NCBI RefSeq assembly: GCF_902713615.1
Contig: NC_052160.1
Location: 137,310,737-137,374,736, forward strand
Direction: 5' to 3'
From: Scyliorhinus canicula
Taxonomy: Eukaryota
Length of the DNA stretch: 64,000 nucleotides
The notes beneath the pieces were generated by a model that did no database searches, was not told where the DNA came from, and was given only the letters and a program-made list of their open reading frames with translations. Below, in pieces: positions 11,056-23,960 of the stretch. A program made the position numbers and the translations under genes. Position 1 is the stretch's first letter, and the number at the start of each line of letters is the position of its first letter.

Positions 11056-11749
11056 AAGCAAGCTGATGAAACCTGACCCTGAGGAACATGACTGAATGTC
11101 AGGGAAACAAACAATAACTGCACTAATTTTCTTCGAAAGGTGGAAAATGCTGAAAACACGCGTGGCTACCAGGAGTTGATAATGGCGACTCAAACGAGGT
11201 TTTTAAGATTCCTCGACGCGTCTGTTACCAAAGATTTTTTTTCTGTGCAAAAATAAAATTAAAACTATAAAAATTGCCATTAAACATTTATGTTTTTTAA
11301 AAATGTTTTGGTCTCATTTGCTGATCTGGTTGTTGGTCACGAGTAACAATTCTGTCAGGACGAGGGGGTGTGAACTTGTAAGATTATGCAGACTTTCCCG
11401 CGCTCCATTTATCCACAAATAAGTTATGAGGTAGTTTTCAGGCAGAAAGGGAACTCAATTCACAGAGAGAAGCCTCTGGTAAAAGCAAATTGGATTGAGT
11501 AACAGTGAGGATCCTCATTTGTGCATCGCACACCATCGTCACATTTGAAGAATGAAACCCCGTCCTGTTGCTGAATTAAATGGTGGACGGAATTTCGCAG
11601 CGCTGAGGGGTGCATTCAATGGGAAATCTCGCTGACAGCGGTGGGACTACAAGATCCCGCTGGCAGGCCGCCTCCGCTGCCGAAAAACACAGGGGGGGTT
11701 GCGCAGGAAATCCCGCCCGGAGTTATTTCTTGGCGCCGTCAATGCAATA

Positions 11750-12280
11750 TGTGCTCCATCGATAGCCCCAGTTACTTTTAGGAAGCCAGCAGTCCTGTAG
11801 AATGCAATGGACCTCTCCTTCATCTTCACAGGGAATGTGACAAAAATAATAATCTCCGAAACATTACGCTTTCCTTCCCTGGTGAATGCAGCATTCTGTG
11901 AAATGTTACAAGTCACTAATGCCACGTTGAAAGGACCCAGACCCCCAAAAATTCAGCATTGTTGTGAGTTTAGTTTCCAATGTTAAGGCAGTTTGGCAGT
12001 GACGGTCCGGCTTCAGGTCTTCCTTCAACATTTCGCAAAAGCGTCCCATTGCTTCCTTGCTGAAGCGCACTCTCCTGCCACACATCATCTCTGACATTAT
12101 TTCAGGATGTCCTTTGCCTGTACACTCTTTGGGGCGGTAATCGATTTGCTTCCTCGCCAAGCGGAGATGTAGCCTGACTCTTCTCTCATGATCCGTGCGC
12201 CTACGTTGAAGGATCAAAAGAATTTCAAGGATTTTAAGAAGCCAAGCGATAAGTGTAATTCCCCAGCCGAGGTGAAGCAT
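11750..12280 (-). mobile_element. PIF/Harbinger (HARBI1-like) transposase relic, N-terminal half
   Basis: LNFWGSGSFQRGISDL and FYRTAGFLKVTGAIDGAHIAL match the Harbinger GSFQ and GAIDxTH motifs; frameshifted. Confidence 0.85.
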
Positions 12281-12379
12281 GACTCCAGATTTTGAATCTG
12301 CCCTGGAATCTGCAATACCTGTCAGAGAGATAGTTCACATTAGCTTATATTGCGTATATTAGCTAAGCATTAAACTTTG

Positions 12380-12780
12380 CTAAAACATTTGTAGTAATCA
12401 CTGAGGCTTGTAAGGATGGACATGACATCAGGGAGACTCTTAAACAACACAGCTTAAAATACATTGCAAAATCCAAATCAGCTAGGAGGACAGACGTGCG
12501 AACATTAGTATCCCTGAAGGAGTCAATAGCACCTGTATAGAGGCCATAATCATCCGAAACCAACTCCACTGGGCTGTCCATATGCTTAGGATGTCAGTTC
12601 AAGGAAGGATCCCGAGCAAGAGGAGCACAAAGGAAGTTCTTCAAAACGCCTTTGAAGGCTTACATAAAGAAATGGAGCTTAGGCATTAATGCCTGGGAGA
12701 CCTTTGCTCAGAATAGGCCTACTTGGAGGAACCTCCTGATTGAAGGGACACAATTATTTGAGAACATCCGAAAAGGGTAT
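12380..12780 (+). mobile_element. RTE-clade LINE 3' coding fragment
   Basis: NQLHWAVHMLRMS...GSRARG.QRK.FK..LKAYIKKWSLGINAWETFAQNRPTWRNLLIEG resembles the RTE/BovB C-terminal region. Confidence 0.8.
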
Positions 12781-13693
12781 TTCTGCAGTATGCTAATGTT
12801 GGAGTTCAGGGCCAGTTGGTTGGGCATCCTCTTACCATGCAACACAATACAAGTGGAAGGGACAATTCCTGTCTCTTGACCCTCTCTCCCCCATCAATGG
12901 CTTCCACCCTCCACTCTGGGGCTAGCACTCAATGGCCCTAAGGCGTCCGCCCCAGCGAGCTCCTTCTTGGGCCTTCATCGTTTGCATGTTCCAGACTGGC
13001 TGCAGTCCCATCAGCGGCCACTACCCCTGGTGGCGCTGCTGTGACAGAAGTGCTGCCAGCCCTCTGATTGGCTGGCGACACTCGGAAGAAAGACACAATC
13101 CTGGAGGAGGACGGAGGCCAAGACCTTGGGCAACGAACTGCCTGAGCCACCAAAAATTAGCATTGTGGCTTCTCGGGCTGGCAGGGGAAGGCTTTTTAAT
13201 GGCTCTCCAGAGATAAGAGGGTGGTCAATACCTTCACATTGAAACTGAGCCCCAAGGGCAGACAGCACTCGCTGTTTATTATGCACACAACTCCCCAGAG
13301 AGATTTTGTGTTGCTTTGAGCAGAGACTTCAGCATGACGCTCTCTGCAGTTATTCTGCAACATGTTGGAGCAACCCAGGAAACAGTGAGGATCATTAAGC
13401 AATCAGACAGAGCAATCCTCTCTCAGCCACACAGAATCCAAAGACAGGAAATATGAAGCATGAATTCCACTTCAATCAAGTGTTGAAGGAAAATAAAGAT
13501 GGAAAAAATGATACAAAGAGAGAGAGAGACAAAATGTATAGGAAGGAAACCTATATTAATTATTGGAATGTTAAATATATAAAAATCTCTAACATGACTT
13601 AAATTCTGAAGGAATGAGACTCGGATTTTTAGCGTTAAATGTCGCTGACCCTACTGTTAAAATTCCATTACACCTGAATGCATCGGTTATAAA

Positions 13694-14455
13694 GGGCACA
13701 ATTCTCCAGAAAGAGTTCTAAGTGTGGTAGCGAGTGGGAATTGCCGTGAGGTTCCCGGCCCCGAGGCCACAAGGCAGACAACGCTATTCAATGTTAATTG
13801 GTCCATGTAACGAGGCCCCACTGGCTTCTTTCTGCAAATAAAGGCTCGCCAGCTGATTCGCCGGTACCATGCTCGGCAGCCTCCCACTAACAAGGTAGAG
13901 CAGCACTTAAACAGCTCTTGCTCAGCCAACCCCAGCCAGCTCACAACAATGGCACCCAGGAGACCGGCTGCAAGATTCCGGAATGCAGATCTCAGGATGC
14001 AGTGGAGGCCAGGAGGAGTGTCTTGTTTCCCAGAGGGTCCCCTCCGGGGAGGGTCAGTCATGGGGCAGCTAGTGCTGCCTATGACGAGGTGGTAACTAGG
14101 AGGACTGACCTCCAGTGCAGGAGAAAGATCAACGACCTAGACCGGGCAGCACAAGTGAATTGACACCAATGCACCTCCCCCTCACCGGGACCTTTCCTCC
14201 CATGCGAGCATCCACCCCCCCAACTCTCCATGTGACCCCCAAATCTCTATTCAACCATCCTCGCCCTTCAACCCCCCCCCCCCCCCCCAAAACCTTCCTT
14301 CACACCCCCCATCCCACCACTGCGAACCGCGCATGGGGCTCACGTTGCCCTCTCTGTGTCTCCTCAGGAAAAGCTCTCCCACAATCGTCGGGAGAAGGGC
14401 CAGATTGGCGGTGGAATGCCTGACTTAAGAATCCTCACCTCCTTCAGAAGGCCAG
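13694..14455 (+). mobile_element. Harbinger element left end carrying a Myb/SANT-like (NAIF1-type) gene relic in two exons
   Basis: TIR-like gggcacaattctcc at 13694. MAPRRPAARFR..., DAVEARRSVLFPRG...TRRTDLQCRRKINDL, then after a tcctcag acceptor EKLSHNRREKGQIGGGMPDLRILTSF. Confidence 0.75.
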
Positions 14456-15067
14456 ATGAGATGCATCTTTACCAGTAATTAGGTTAGAAGACATCTCGGC
14501 GGAACCATGTGTGAAAAACCTATTAGTGGAAACAGTTTATTTAGATGATTGGGATAACAATGAGGTATACACATGGTCCAACAGACTTGAGAGGGGCAGA
14601 CATCCAAATACCAGAAAGCAGAACCAAAGGGAATAAAATGGTATCATTGCCAGCACCCTCAGAAACAGCCTGGTGGCCAGGTTTACATCTAGCTGCCTGG
14701 AGACAAGAATTACATTTAACAGCCTCTTAAGTCTTCGAGCCAAGGCAGTGCAGAAACCTTCATAAAGGTAGTTTAAATATCTTCAGTGGACCAGGAAAAG
14801 ATTTATCCCAACCATCATCAACCCTGTATTGTGTACTAATTATAAGCTGGATTTAATTCATAGATCTATTTATTTTGGATGTTGTTTGGGTAACGGGTAG
14901 TCTTAAGGAGTTGAGGGATCTTTGATGTATTTTGGAAGTAGGGGTATGTGTGTGTGTTTACTAGTTCCATTACTTAATTATCTTAGCGTGGTATATTCCT
15001 GTTCATGTGTATTTGGCTTTTCTTTAATTTAATAGTCTTTAATTGTTACAGAACAACTGGACTCCTC

Positions 15068-15782
15068 GGCTGGGATTCTCCCTACCCAGCGGGGCGGGGG
15101 GTATTGAGTGGTGTGAACCACTCAGGCATCGGGCCGCCCCAAAGGTGCGGACGTCTCCTCACCTTTAGGGGCCAAGCCCTCACATTGAGGGGCTAGGCCC
15201 GCGCCGGAGTGGTTCCCTCTCTGCCGGCTGGTGGAAACGGCCTTTGGTGCCACGCCAGCCGGGGCTGAAAGGACTTCGCCGGCCGGCGTACGTCCGTGCA
15301 TTCCTCGGAGCGTCAGCGGCTGCTGACGCCATCTTGGCACATGAGCAGGGGAGGGGGTCTCTTCCACCTCCGCCATGGTGAAGACCATGGCGTAGGCGGA
15401 AGAAAAAGAGTGCCCCCACGGCACAGGCCCGCCCGCCGATCGGTGGGCCCTGATCGCGGGCCAGGCCACCGTGTGTGCACGCCCTGGGATCAGATCGCCC
15501 CACGCCCCCCCCCCCCACCAGGACCCCGGCGCCCGCCCGCGCCGCCAATCCCGCCGGTAAGGTCGGTGGTTTAATCCACGCCGGTGGGAGAAGTTTGTCA
15601 GTGGCGGGACTTCGGCCCATCGCGGGCCAGAGAATCACCGCGGGGGGCCCGCCGACCGGCGCGGCGCGTTTCCCGCCCCCGCCGAATCTCGGGTGGCGGA
15701 GACTTCGGGACACGGCGAGAGCGGGATTGACGCCGGCCCCGGGCGATTCTCCGACCCGGCGGGCGGTCGGAGAATCCCGCCC
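15068..15782. mobile_element. GC-rich non-autonomous TIR element (Harbinger-type MITE)
   Basis: Terminal inverted repeats ggctgggattctcc / ggagaatcccgccc, with a hairpin at the right end. Confidence 0.75.
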
Positions 15783-16709
15783 CTCATCCTCACTGGGGTG
15801 TCACTTAACTCTTCACACCATTCCAAACACTATACACCCCCACAAACCGGCGTTGCAGGTTAGGATATGCTCACAGATAACAGAGATGCGATAAGTGATT
15901 AAAATCCTCGTTTGGTGGTCGGCGTGGGCTGGGGTGAGGCCCACCTTGTAGTGGCGTAGTTGCTGGTGAGTGTAGTCGCGCTTCAGCGGTGCTGTGTGCA
16001 TCTGGATGATGGCCGCCATTGAGAATGTTGTTCTGGATGAGGATCTCGGCTCTGCGGTGAAGGTGGTTGGAGCTCAATTTGACGATTTGCGAGGTCTCCT
16101 CAGCAGATTGGTGGAGGAACATGAAAGAGTTCTTGCATTTGAAAGAACACTTTCCTCGGTAAGGTCCTGTCTTCAGGTCACTGAGCTCCTGTTGCACGGT
16201 GTGCCGTCTATCCGGAGGGGTTTCGGAGGTTGGAGCTGGACAAGGGGTGCCCTTGGACCTGGTCCCTGGCAAAAAGTGGGAGATGAGTTACCGATTGAGT
16301 TTGAAAATTGGCTGCCATGCTTTACTAATCTTGATTTGGAGGCTGGGAATATCAAGTTTGATGGGGCACAATGTATCCAAGGCCAGGGGCCTGTTGGGTC
16401 CCTTGATCATTAGCCCAATATTACCCAATCCTCAATGCTAATCATGAGGTGTTGGAGGTAGCTGACCAACCTAGTTATCCCCCTGCCCCCCCCCCCCTCC
16501 CCCATCGGCTCTGGGTCACTTGGACGTCAGAGCGCCATCATTTTTGAAGTGATGATGATTCATTCGTTGGAATCCTTGAGAGATCCTGAGGAGTGTTTGC
16601 TGATCATGCCTTAGCCTCTGGGTTCTCGAGCAACATAGATGGTGTTATTATCATGAAATTCTTCCAAAATCCTTGACGTTGTTCACTTGTGATAATTTTG
16701 TTGATTATT

Positions 16710-17032
16710 TAGAATTTACAATGCAGAAAGAGGCCATTCTGTCCATCGAGTCTGCTCTGGCCCTTGGAAAGAGGACCCTACTTAAGCCCACGCCTCCACC
16801 CTATCCCCGTAACCCCACCTAACCTTTTGGACACTACGGTACAATTTATCATAGCCAATCCACCTGACTTGCGCATCTTTGGACTGTTCGAGGAAACCGG
16901 AGCTCCCGGAGGAAACCCACGCAGACACGGGAAGGAAATGCAAATTCCGCACAGTTACCCGAGGCTGGAATTGAACCCAGGTCCCTGGAGCTGTGAGGTA
17001 GCAGAGATAACCACTGTGTCACCGTGCCACCC
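16710..17032 (-). mobile_element. HE1-type SINE (diverged)
   Basis: Same architecture as 4021-4373. Confidence 0.85.
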
Positions 17033-17109
17033 AAGTCTTGCGGCAACTGTACACAGTAATTGTAAGATTACACATAGAGCAGCTTTTGTTTTATTTATGG
17101 AGGGACATA

Positions 17110-17555
17110 CTTGCAATGGAGGCAGTTCAGGGAAGGTTCGCAGGTTGAGTCATGCAAGTGAGATGTTGTTTTATGAGGAAAGGATGAGCAGGTTCAGCCT
17201 ATGCCCATTGGAGTTTGGAACAAGGTCCTACTGAAAAATAAGGTAGATGTTGAGAAGGATGTTTCCCACCCCAGGGAATCTGGAATTATGGGGCATAGTT
17301 TCAGAATAAGGGGTTGTCTGTCTAAGACAGAAACGAGGAGGAATCTCTTCCTCAAGGTTGTGAATTCTCAACCCCAGAGGGCCGTGGAGGCTGTCAGTGA
17401 GCATATTCAAGACTGAGATAGGTGGACATGTTTTTAAACAATAGGAAAGCCAAGGGTGTGGGGAAGAGACTGGGAAGCGGAGCCGAGGTGACAATCAGAT
17501 CAATCGTGGTCCAGTGAGTAGCAGAGGAGGCTTAAGGGACACTGTGGTCTATACT
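17110..17555 (+). mobile_element. CR1 LINE 3' end
   Basis: YEERMSRFSL, GHSFRIRG and RRNLF motifs of the CR1 ORF2 C-terminus, followed by 3' UTR. Confidence 0.8.
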
Positions 17556-18595
17556 TGCTATTTTTGATTGATTGTTGTGCAAGGGTGTGTCAGGTGTGAC
17601 CACAAGGTGGTGTCTTTGGTTATCCTGTTCTTCTTGCAAAACCATATCGAGTCAATCACGCGGAATGTGGTGTGTGCAGTTTTGTTCCTCTTCCACCTTT
17701 CGGATATTTTGTGTTACAATGCTTGTGGCTGTGGAAGGGCTGTGGGCTTTCGTCTCACCTCTCATCTCGTTTATAATGAAGTTGAGCGGAGCCATGACGA
17801 GGTGAAGTGTGGATGGCTGGGGTGGAGTTATTTCGATTTTTCTTTTTGTTACTTTGAATTTAAGAATCTGTGCCTCTCTCCTTCAATGGCGTGGGCAGAT
17901 TATGTATTCTGGAGAGCACTGGGTTCCGTCTGGCTCTTCCTTGACGTAGCAGTTTTTACTTTGGGCTTTTTCTTTGCCTCTTTAGAACTATTAGAAAGAG
18001 AGAAATGGTGCACGCTGAAGGGAGGTTGGTTAATCTGTGAATAGTCTGTTGAAGTGAGGGATTGTTCTTAGCTTCCTCTCTGTGATGGCAGATAGGGTGG
18101 GGTGGTGGTTGATGATTCTTGGGTCAGTTCGGGCGTTCCTCCCTTGAGGTTTTTCTTTTCTCTTCTTCTCTTCATCCGGGTGAGCAGGGTACTGTTTCAA
18201 ATCCTCGTCCGGCCCTGTTATGTATATCGCCTGCTGATGCAATGTCACGTGATCTATCGTGACATCAGCAGAGTGTTCACCATCATATCCTGTGGACGGA
18301 ACATCACAAAATAAACCCTGCACTATGTTTTGATGAACTTAGAGTGTGGAGCGTCTACTTCTTTTCTCTTTGCGGCTAACAACAAAAATATAACAGAAGA
18401 GAAAACTGGCGATGAGGATTCGGGCCGTAAACAACCACCGACAAGTTTGTGGTGAAGAAAAAAACAAACTGCTCAGACCTTGGGAAGTCACCAACGAATC
18501 CATCCAATCAATCGCAACCAGCCGCTAGTGCAAATAAGCGTTTTGATAAACAAATTGGAATGGAGCTGTGAATAAGTGCCGCATGTCCTCAAACA

Positions 18596-19090
18596 AGTTG
18601 GGGAGGTGATGGTGGTAGTGGTATTATCACTGGACAAGTCATTGAGAAACACAGGATAATGCTCTGGAGTCCTGTGTTTGAATCCCAACATGGCATAGAA
18701 CATAGAACGATACAGCGCAGTACAGGCCCTTCGGCCCTCGATGTTGCACCGACATGGAAAAAAAACTAAAGGCCATCTAACCTACAGATGGGTGAAATTT
18801 GAATTCAATCAAAATATGGAATTAAAAGTCAAATGATGATCATGAAACCATTGCCGAATGTCGTAAAAAACCATCTGGTTCACCAATGTCCTTCAGGGAA
18901 GGAAATCTTCCGTCCTTACCCAGCCTGGTCTACATGCGACTCCAGACCCACATAGCGATGCGGTTGACTTTTAACTGTCCCCCATTGAAATGGCTCAGCA
19001 AGCCACTCAGTTCAAGGGCAATTAGGGATGGGCAACAAATCCTGGCCCAGTTAGTGATGCCCACATCCCAAGAACGAATAAAAAAACCCC
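18596..19090 (+). mobile_element. tRNA-derived SINE with L2-type tail (SacSINE1/DeuSINE-like), containing a CR1/HE1 tail fragment
   Basis: tRNA-like head and central ggaaggaaatct.ccgtccttacc block. The tail ggcaattagggatgggcaacaaat is also found at the L2 3' end near 61070-61100 (-). An inverted copy lies at 26440-26660. Confidence 0.6.
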
Positions 19091-19099
19091 CCAAAGTTT

Positions 19100-22000
19100 C
19101 AGGTGTACTTACTGTTTGCAGTGGGTAGAAGCTGCGAAGACCGTACACGTGGGACTCCGAACGGGCTGCAGGAACGGCTGCCAACTCTGCAACCTGCTGC
19201 TTGGGAACTGATAATCCAGACAAGGGAAGAACTAGTTTGCGTGAGGACCAGGAGATTGCTTGCTTTGAACAACGAAACAGAGGCGAGAAAGGCTGAAGTC
19301 TGAAGAAATGCAGACCAGGGAACTGGGATCCGGAAAATGGCGGGGAAAAGTGGTGCCATGGGCATGTTTGCCGAGGACTATGAAACACGGAATTCATATG
19401 ACGAACGGATCCAGTTGTATCTTGTAGCAAATCAGGCACCTGAAAACCAGCATTCTGCGACGTTCCCCAGCTGGGTTGGGCGAAAAACATTCATGTTGTT
19501 ACAAAATCTGGCCCACCCAGCTAAACCAAGAATTAATGACAATCTTATAAGGACATTTCTCTCCCCATCTGCCTTTGATAGCATAAAGATTTTGCTTCCA
19601 TCATCGTGGTCAAGAGGAAGGAAAAGGCATTTTGCAATTCGTAGCAACGGTTATGTAAATTAGCAAAGTACTGTGAATTTGGTCAAATACTTGATGCTTC
19701 TCTTTCAGGCAGATTGGTTTGTGGACTCGGGAATGAAGCCATCTAATGAAAACTGCTGACTTAAAGTACTTTAACACTAAAATGTGCTGTGGAAAATGCT
19801 ACTTCCATGAACCCTGCCGTGAAAGAGGCATCGTTGATTGGAGTCCCAGCCAAAGTTCATAAGATGGCGTCTGCTAAAAACAAACCTGCGAAAAATCTAC
19901 CCTGTCATTGCTGTACACAAGTAGGACATCCAGCAGAAGAATGTTGGCGTAAGGAAAATGAATGCAAAAATTGTGGCAAAGTGAGCCATATTGCAAAGGC
20001 ATGTTGGTCACGTCAACCTTCATCAGCACAAAAGAAGTGTACCCAATAAAATACCGCCACGTCTACTCAGCCAGTTTACAAGTTAAGAGACAGAAGGGCA
20101 GCACGGTGGCACAATGGTTAGCATTGCTGCCTGCGGCGCTGAGGATTCGGGTTCGAATCCCGGCCCTGGGTCACTGTCCGTGTGGAGTTTGCACATTCTC
20201 CCCGTGTCTGCATGAGTTTCATCCCCACATCCCAAAGATGTGCAGGTTAGGCGGATTGGCCATGTTAAATTGCCCCTTAATTGGAAAAAATTAATTGGGT
20301 ACTCTAAATTTAAAAGAAAAAAGTTAAGAGATAGAACTAAAGACTCACTCGAGGACAATGTGTCAAATCAGCTTCAAGAATTCAAGCTAGATGCCGCGGC
20401 AGAATGGGGTGATCAACGCTTCTGTGTATTCTGAAAACTTGATGGAAATACATTCAAGATGGAAGCGGATATGGGCACTGCAGTATCACTAATACCTGAG
20501 ACAATATACAGTCAGAAGCTAAAATATCTGCCCTTACAGCCAACATATGTAGTCCTAAGGATGTACACAGAAGTGGTAGTACTTCTAAAGGGATGCATTA
20601 TAGTGAAAGTATAAGTTAATGGTGAAACAGCAGAGTTACCTCACCACATTGTGCAAGGAAAGTTCCCAGCCTTGTTTGGTAGATCATGGTTGAGAAATAT
20701 AAAACTCAACTGGGCCATCGTGAGCCAACTGTTTGATTGAAAGAATGACCTGCAACAACTTCTGCACAAGTGTACAAAGGTGTTTGAAGATTCACTGGCC
20801 TCAATGACAGGAGTTGAAATCAAAAATAAGATCAAACCAGACAGTGCACCTAAGCAAAAACCATACCATTCCCCATTAGGCCAAAAGTAGAAGAAGAACT
20901 TGAAGGATTAGTTCAGACAGGAGTCATTGAACCTGTTACTACCAGTGATTGGGCAACACCAATAGTTCCTGTGGTAAAGCGTAATGGTTGAGCAAGAATA
21001 TGTGGAAATTTTAAAACCACAATTGACCTGATATTAAGTGTAGGTCATTATCCTCTGCCACCTATTGAAGGTTTATTTGCTGGACTCATGAGAGGCCAGA
21101 AATTCAGTGAAATAGATCTTTCACAGACATATCTACAGGTGAATATGACTGCAGGATCGTAGCCATTACTTACCATAGTGACACATAAACATCCTTTTTA
21201 TTATCAGAGACTTCCATTTGGGATAACTTTGACACCCGCTCTTTTTCAGAGATCAATGGATCGCATTCTGAATGGGCTAACTGGTTACCTAGATGACATT
21301 CTCATTACAGGTTCCAATGATGAAGAACATGTAAGGAATTTGGAAGTTACCTTTGCACAATGAAAAAAAAATCACACCCTTAGAGTCAAGAAAGAAAAGT
21401 TTGAATTTTTTAAGTCTTCGATCAACCATCTGGGTCACACTATCGACAAAAATTGTTTACATAAAGAAGCAGATAAGAACCGAGATTGTCGAAGCCCTAC
21501 ATTTGCAGAATGTGAAGCAATTGAGGTTGTTCTTAAGATTGTTCAATTATTATGGTAAATCCGTCCCTAACTTAGCAACAAAGCTGAAGTTATTACACAC
21601 TTTGCTTTGTGTCAAACAAGCATGGCACTGGATTGAAGAATTTGAAAATGCTTATCGAAATGTCAAAGAAATTGTGGACAAGTCAGAGTTATTGGTTGAC
21701 TGCAAGAGGTTACAGCTTGCATGCATCATCACGTGGGATTGGCACAGTTGTCTCACACATAATGCCCTCAACAGCGGAATGACCGATAGCATTTTCCTCC
21801 AGAACACTTAACAGCGCAGAATCTAATTAAAATATAAGTAAATGTCGCCACCGTCTGCACTCTCCTTTGAGAGAGAGCTGACTGGCGGTGGTGATTTAAT
21901 CTGAGGTTTGAGAAGGCCGGTCCTCAGTCGGTACAGGAATTGAACCTGCGCTGTTGGTATCTCTCCGTATCGCACACCAGCTGCGCAGCCGACTGAGTTA

Positions 22001-22310
22001 ACCGACCCACGCTCAGCTCGAAAAAGAAGCATTATTTTGCCGTAAGAACGTTTAACCATTACCTTTATGGGTGAATTTTCACTTTGGACTGATCACTGAA
22101 CCTTAACTAGAATCTTTGGGCTGTATAAAGGTATTCCTTCTTTCGCAGCTAGTCGGTCACAGAGATGGCCATTGATATTGTCGGGACGTGATTATGATAT
22201 CCAGTATTGTAAATCAGAGCAGCACGCAAACGCAGATGTTTTATCGGGACAGCCATCACAAGTCAAACAAGAATCTGAAGACAATTTTGTACATTTCTTA
22301 CATCTGTGAA
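19100..22310 (+). mobile_element. Ty3/Gypsy retrotransposon relic (gag with two CCHC knuckles, protease, RT, partial RNase H)
   Basis: CHCCTQVGHPAEEC and CKNCGKVSHIAKAC; MEADMGTAVSLI (protease); [19 protein letters not shown] and YLDDILITG (RT). Many stops. Confidence 0.92.
20096..20322 (+). mobile_element. Short SINE with HE1-type head and A-rich tail
   Basis: gggcagcacggtggcacaatggttagc head; tgccccttaattggaaaaaa...aaaa tail as at 51735-51978. Confidence 0.85.
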
Positions 22311-22312
22311 CC

Positions 22313-22638
22313 ATAAATGCTTCACAGCTCCAGGGTCCCAGGTTCGATTCCCGGCTGGGTCGCTGTCTGTGTGGAGTCTGCACGTCCTCCCCCTGTGTGC
22401 GTGGGTTTCCTCCGGGTGCTCCGGTTTCCTCCCACAGTCCAAAGATGTGCGGGTTAGGTGGATTGGCCATGCTAAATTGCCCGTAGTGTCCTAATAAAAG
22501 TAAGGTTAAGTGGGGGGGTTGTTGGGTTACGGGTATAGGGTGGATACGTGGGTTTGAGTAGGGTGATCATGGCTCGGCACAACATTGAGGGCCGAAGGGC
22601 CTGTTCTGTGCTGTACTGTTCTATGTTCTATGTTCTAT
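22313..22638 (+). mobile_element. HE1-type SINE, 5' truncated
   Basis: B box ggttcgattccc and (gttctat)n tail. Confidence 0.88.
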
Positions 22639-23433
22639 CTCTCCTTTAGGAACAGTCTCTGAACAGGTGAACTCCTGGACAACTGGAGAGTTCTGGGAGA
22701 GCACAACGCCTCTTTTGCTGTTTGACAGTTTGTGTGGCTGTCCATAAGAATCCCCCAACTTCAGACCTCCTCTTACCTGTTCGAACCTGCACATTCTGGA
22801 TTCCACACTCCTGTTCTTCCAAAACCTCACTTCAGTTGCGGCACCTGATGATTTTAATGGCCAGCTGCCTCCATGAGTCGCGCATTTGTGAAGATCCGCC
22901 TGATTCGTGTCCCGCTCCCGCAAAGACGGGAAATGCCAGTTTCGGGGTGAAATTCCGGCCATTTCCGGGATTTTCACCAGGACAGAGAGCCTTCAAACCT
23001 GGGTGTCAGGTTAATGCTTCACCTGAAAGGCATCACCAAGCTCTGCGAACCCAACTGGGGGAGGAACATCTGGGCCTTAGTGTCCCTTACTATTACACAG
23101 GAATGTTAGTGTAGATTTTATGTTCCAATCTCTGGAGTGGGACGTGACCCTGTAATCCAGTGATTCAAAGGTGACAGCGCAAGCGCCGAGACCCAACTTA
23201 ACAAAATAACAATAGCGATTGCACATTAAAAATACATTATGGCAGCAAAGTGCTTGGGTACTGATAGTATGGCTCCAAATATCAATGTTTTCTTTCATCA
23301 CAAACTAGCTACTGAACTCTGAATACATTAAGTGGAGAATTTACTCTGTACACTGTGACGAATCTTATTAACATGTTTTTCTTTGTATTAAGCAGTTATT
23401 TGCTGATCAATTTCTGAAATGTTATCTCCTCAG

Positions 23434-23730
23434 TTTCAGGTGCATTGTTGGCTGGAAATAAAGTAACAGGAATTTTGGGAAGAGCGATCACAATAAATTG
23501 TCACCATGATGCATGGTACCAGCAAAACATGAAATATTGGTGGAACAGTTGGACTCGTGAGTGTTCCTATTTAATGAGAACAGATGATCCAGGTAGACGG
23601 AGACGGAGAATGTCAATTACAAATAACAAGACACAAGGAATATTTGTTGTCACTATGGAGAATCCTCGCTCAGGAGGTACAGGATGGTAAGCTGTGGAAT
23701 TGATAAACATGGCCAAGATGAATTATTTTC
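23434..23730 (+). pseudogene. Orphan CD300/pIgR-like V-domain pseudo-exon
   Basis: Acceptor context ctcctcag-tttcag as in the gene B V exon. KYWC has become KYWW, a 1-nt deletion gives TGG TAA instead of TGG TAC AGC TGT, and the 3' end is replaced by Harbinger sequence. No leader exon found nearby. Confidence 0.9.
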
Positions 23731-23960
23731 CAGCTCCTCATCATCCAGATCCTCTCCCCTTTGCATCGGCAGGTTGTGTAGCCTGCAGCAAGCCACTCTG
23801 GGGAGCGCACGGGAACAGTCTGCCAGATCTGTCCAGGCACCAGAACCTCATTTTCAGGATGCCACAGGTGACTCTGGGTTCTGGAATGAGCCTCGTTGTA
23901 CCTTCTTTCACATGGGTGCCATCAGCAACATCTTTTGTGCGTAGCCTTTGACCCTGAGGA
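23730..23960 (-). mobile_element. Harbinger (HARBI1-like) transposase C-terminal fragment
   Basis: GILKMRFWCLDRSG and VACCRLHNLPMQRGEDLDDEEL on the minus strand. Confidence 0.85.

Noticed and set aside
15122-15894. Overlapping long ORFs here and at 31934-32660, 33159-33826 and 58358-59120
   Set aside because: GC-rich MITE interiors are stop-poor on all frames, and no protein motifs are present apart from the short transposase tail.
15850-18420. Specific TE calls for 15850-16700 and 17560-18420
   Set aside because: They look like decayed retroelement sequence, but I found no diagnostic motif I could defend.
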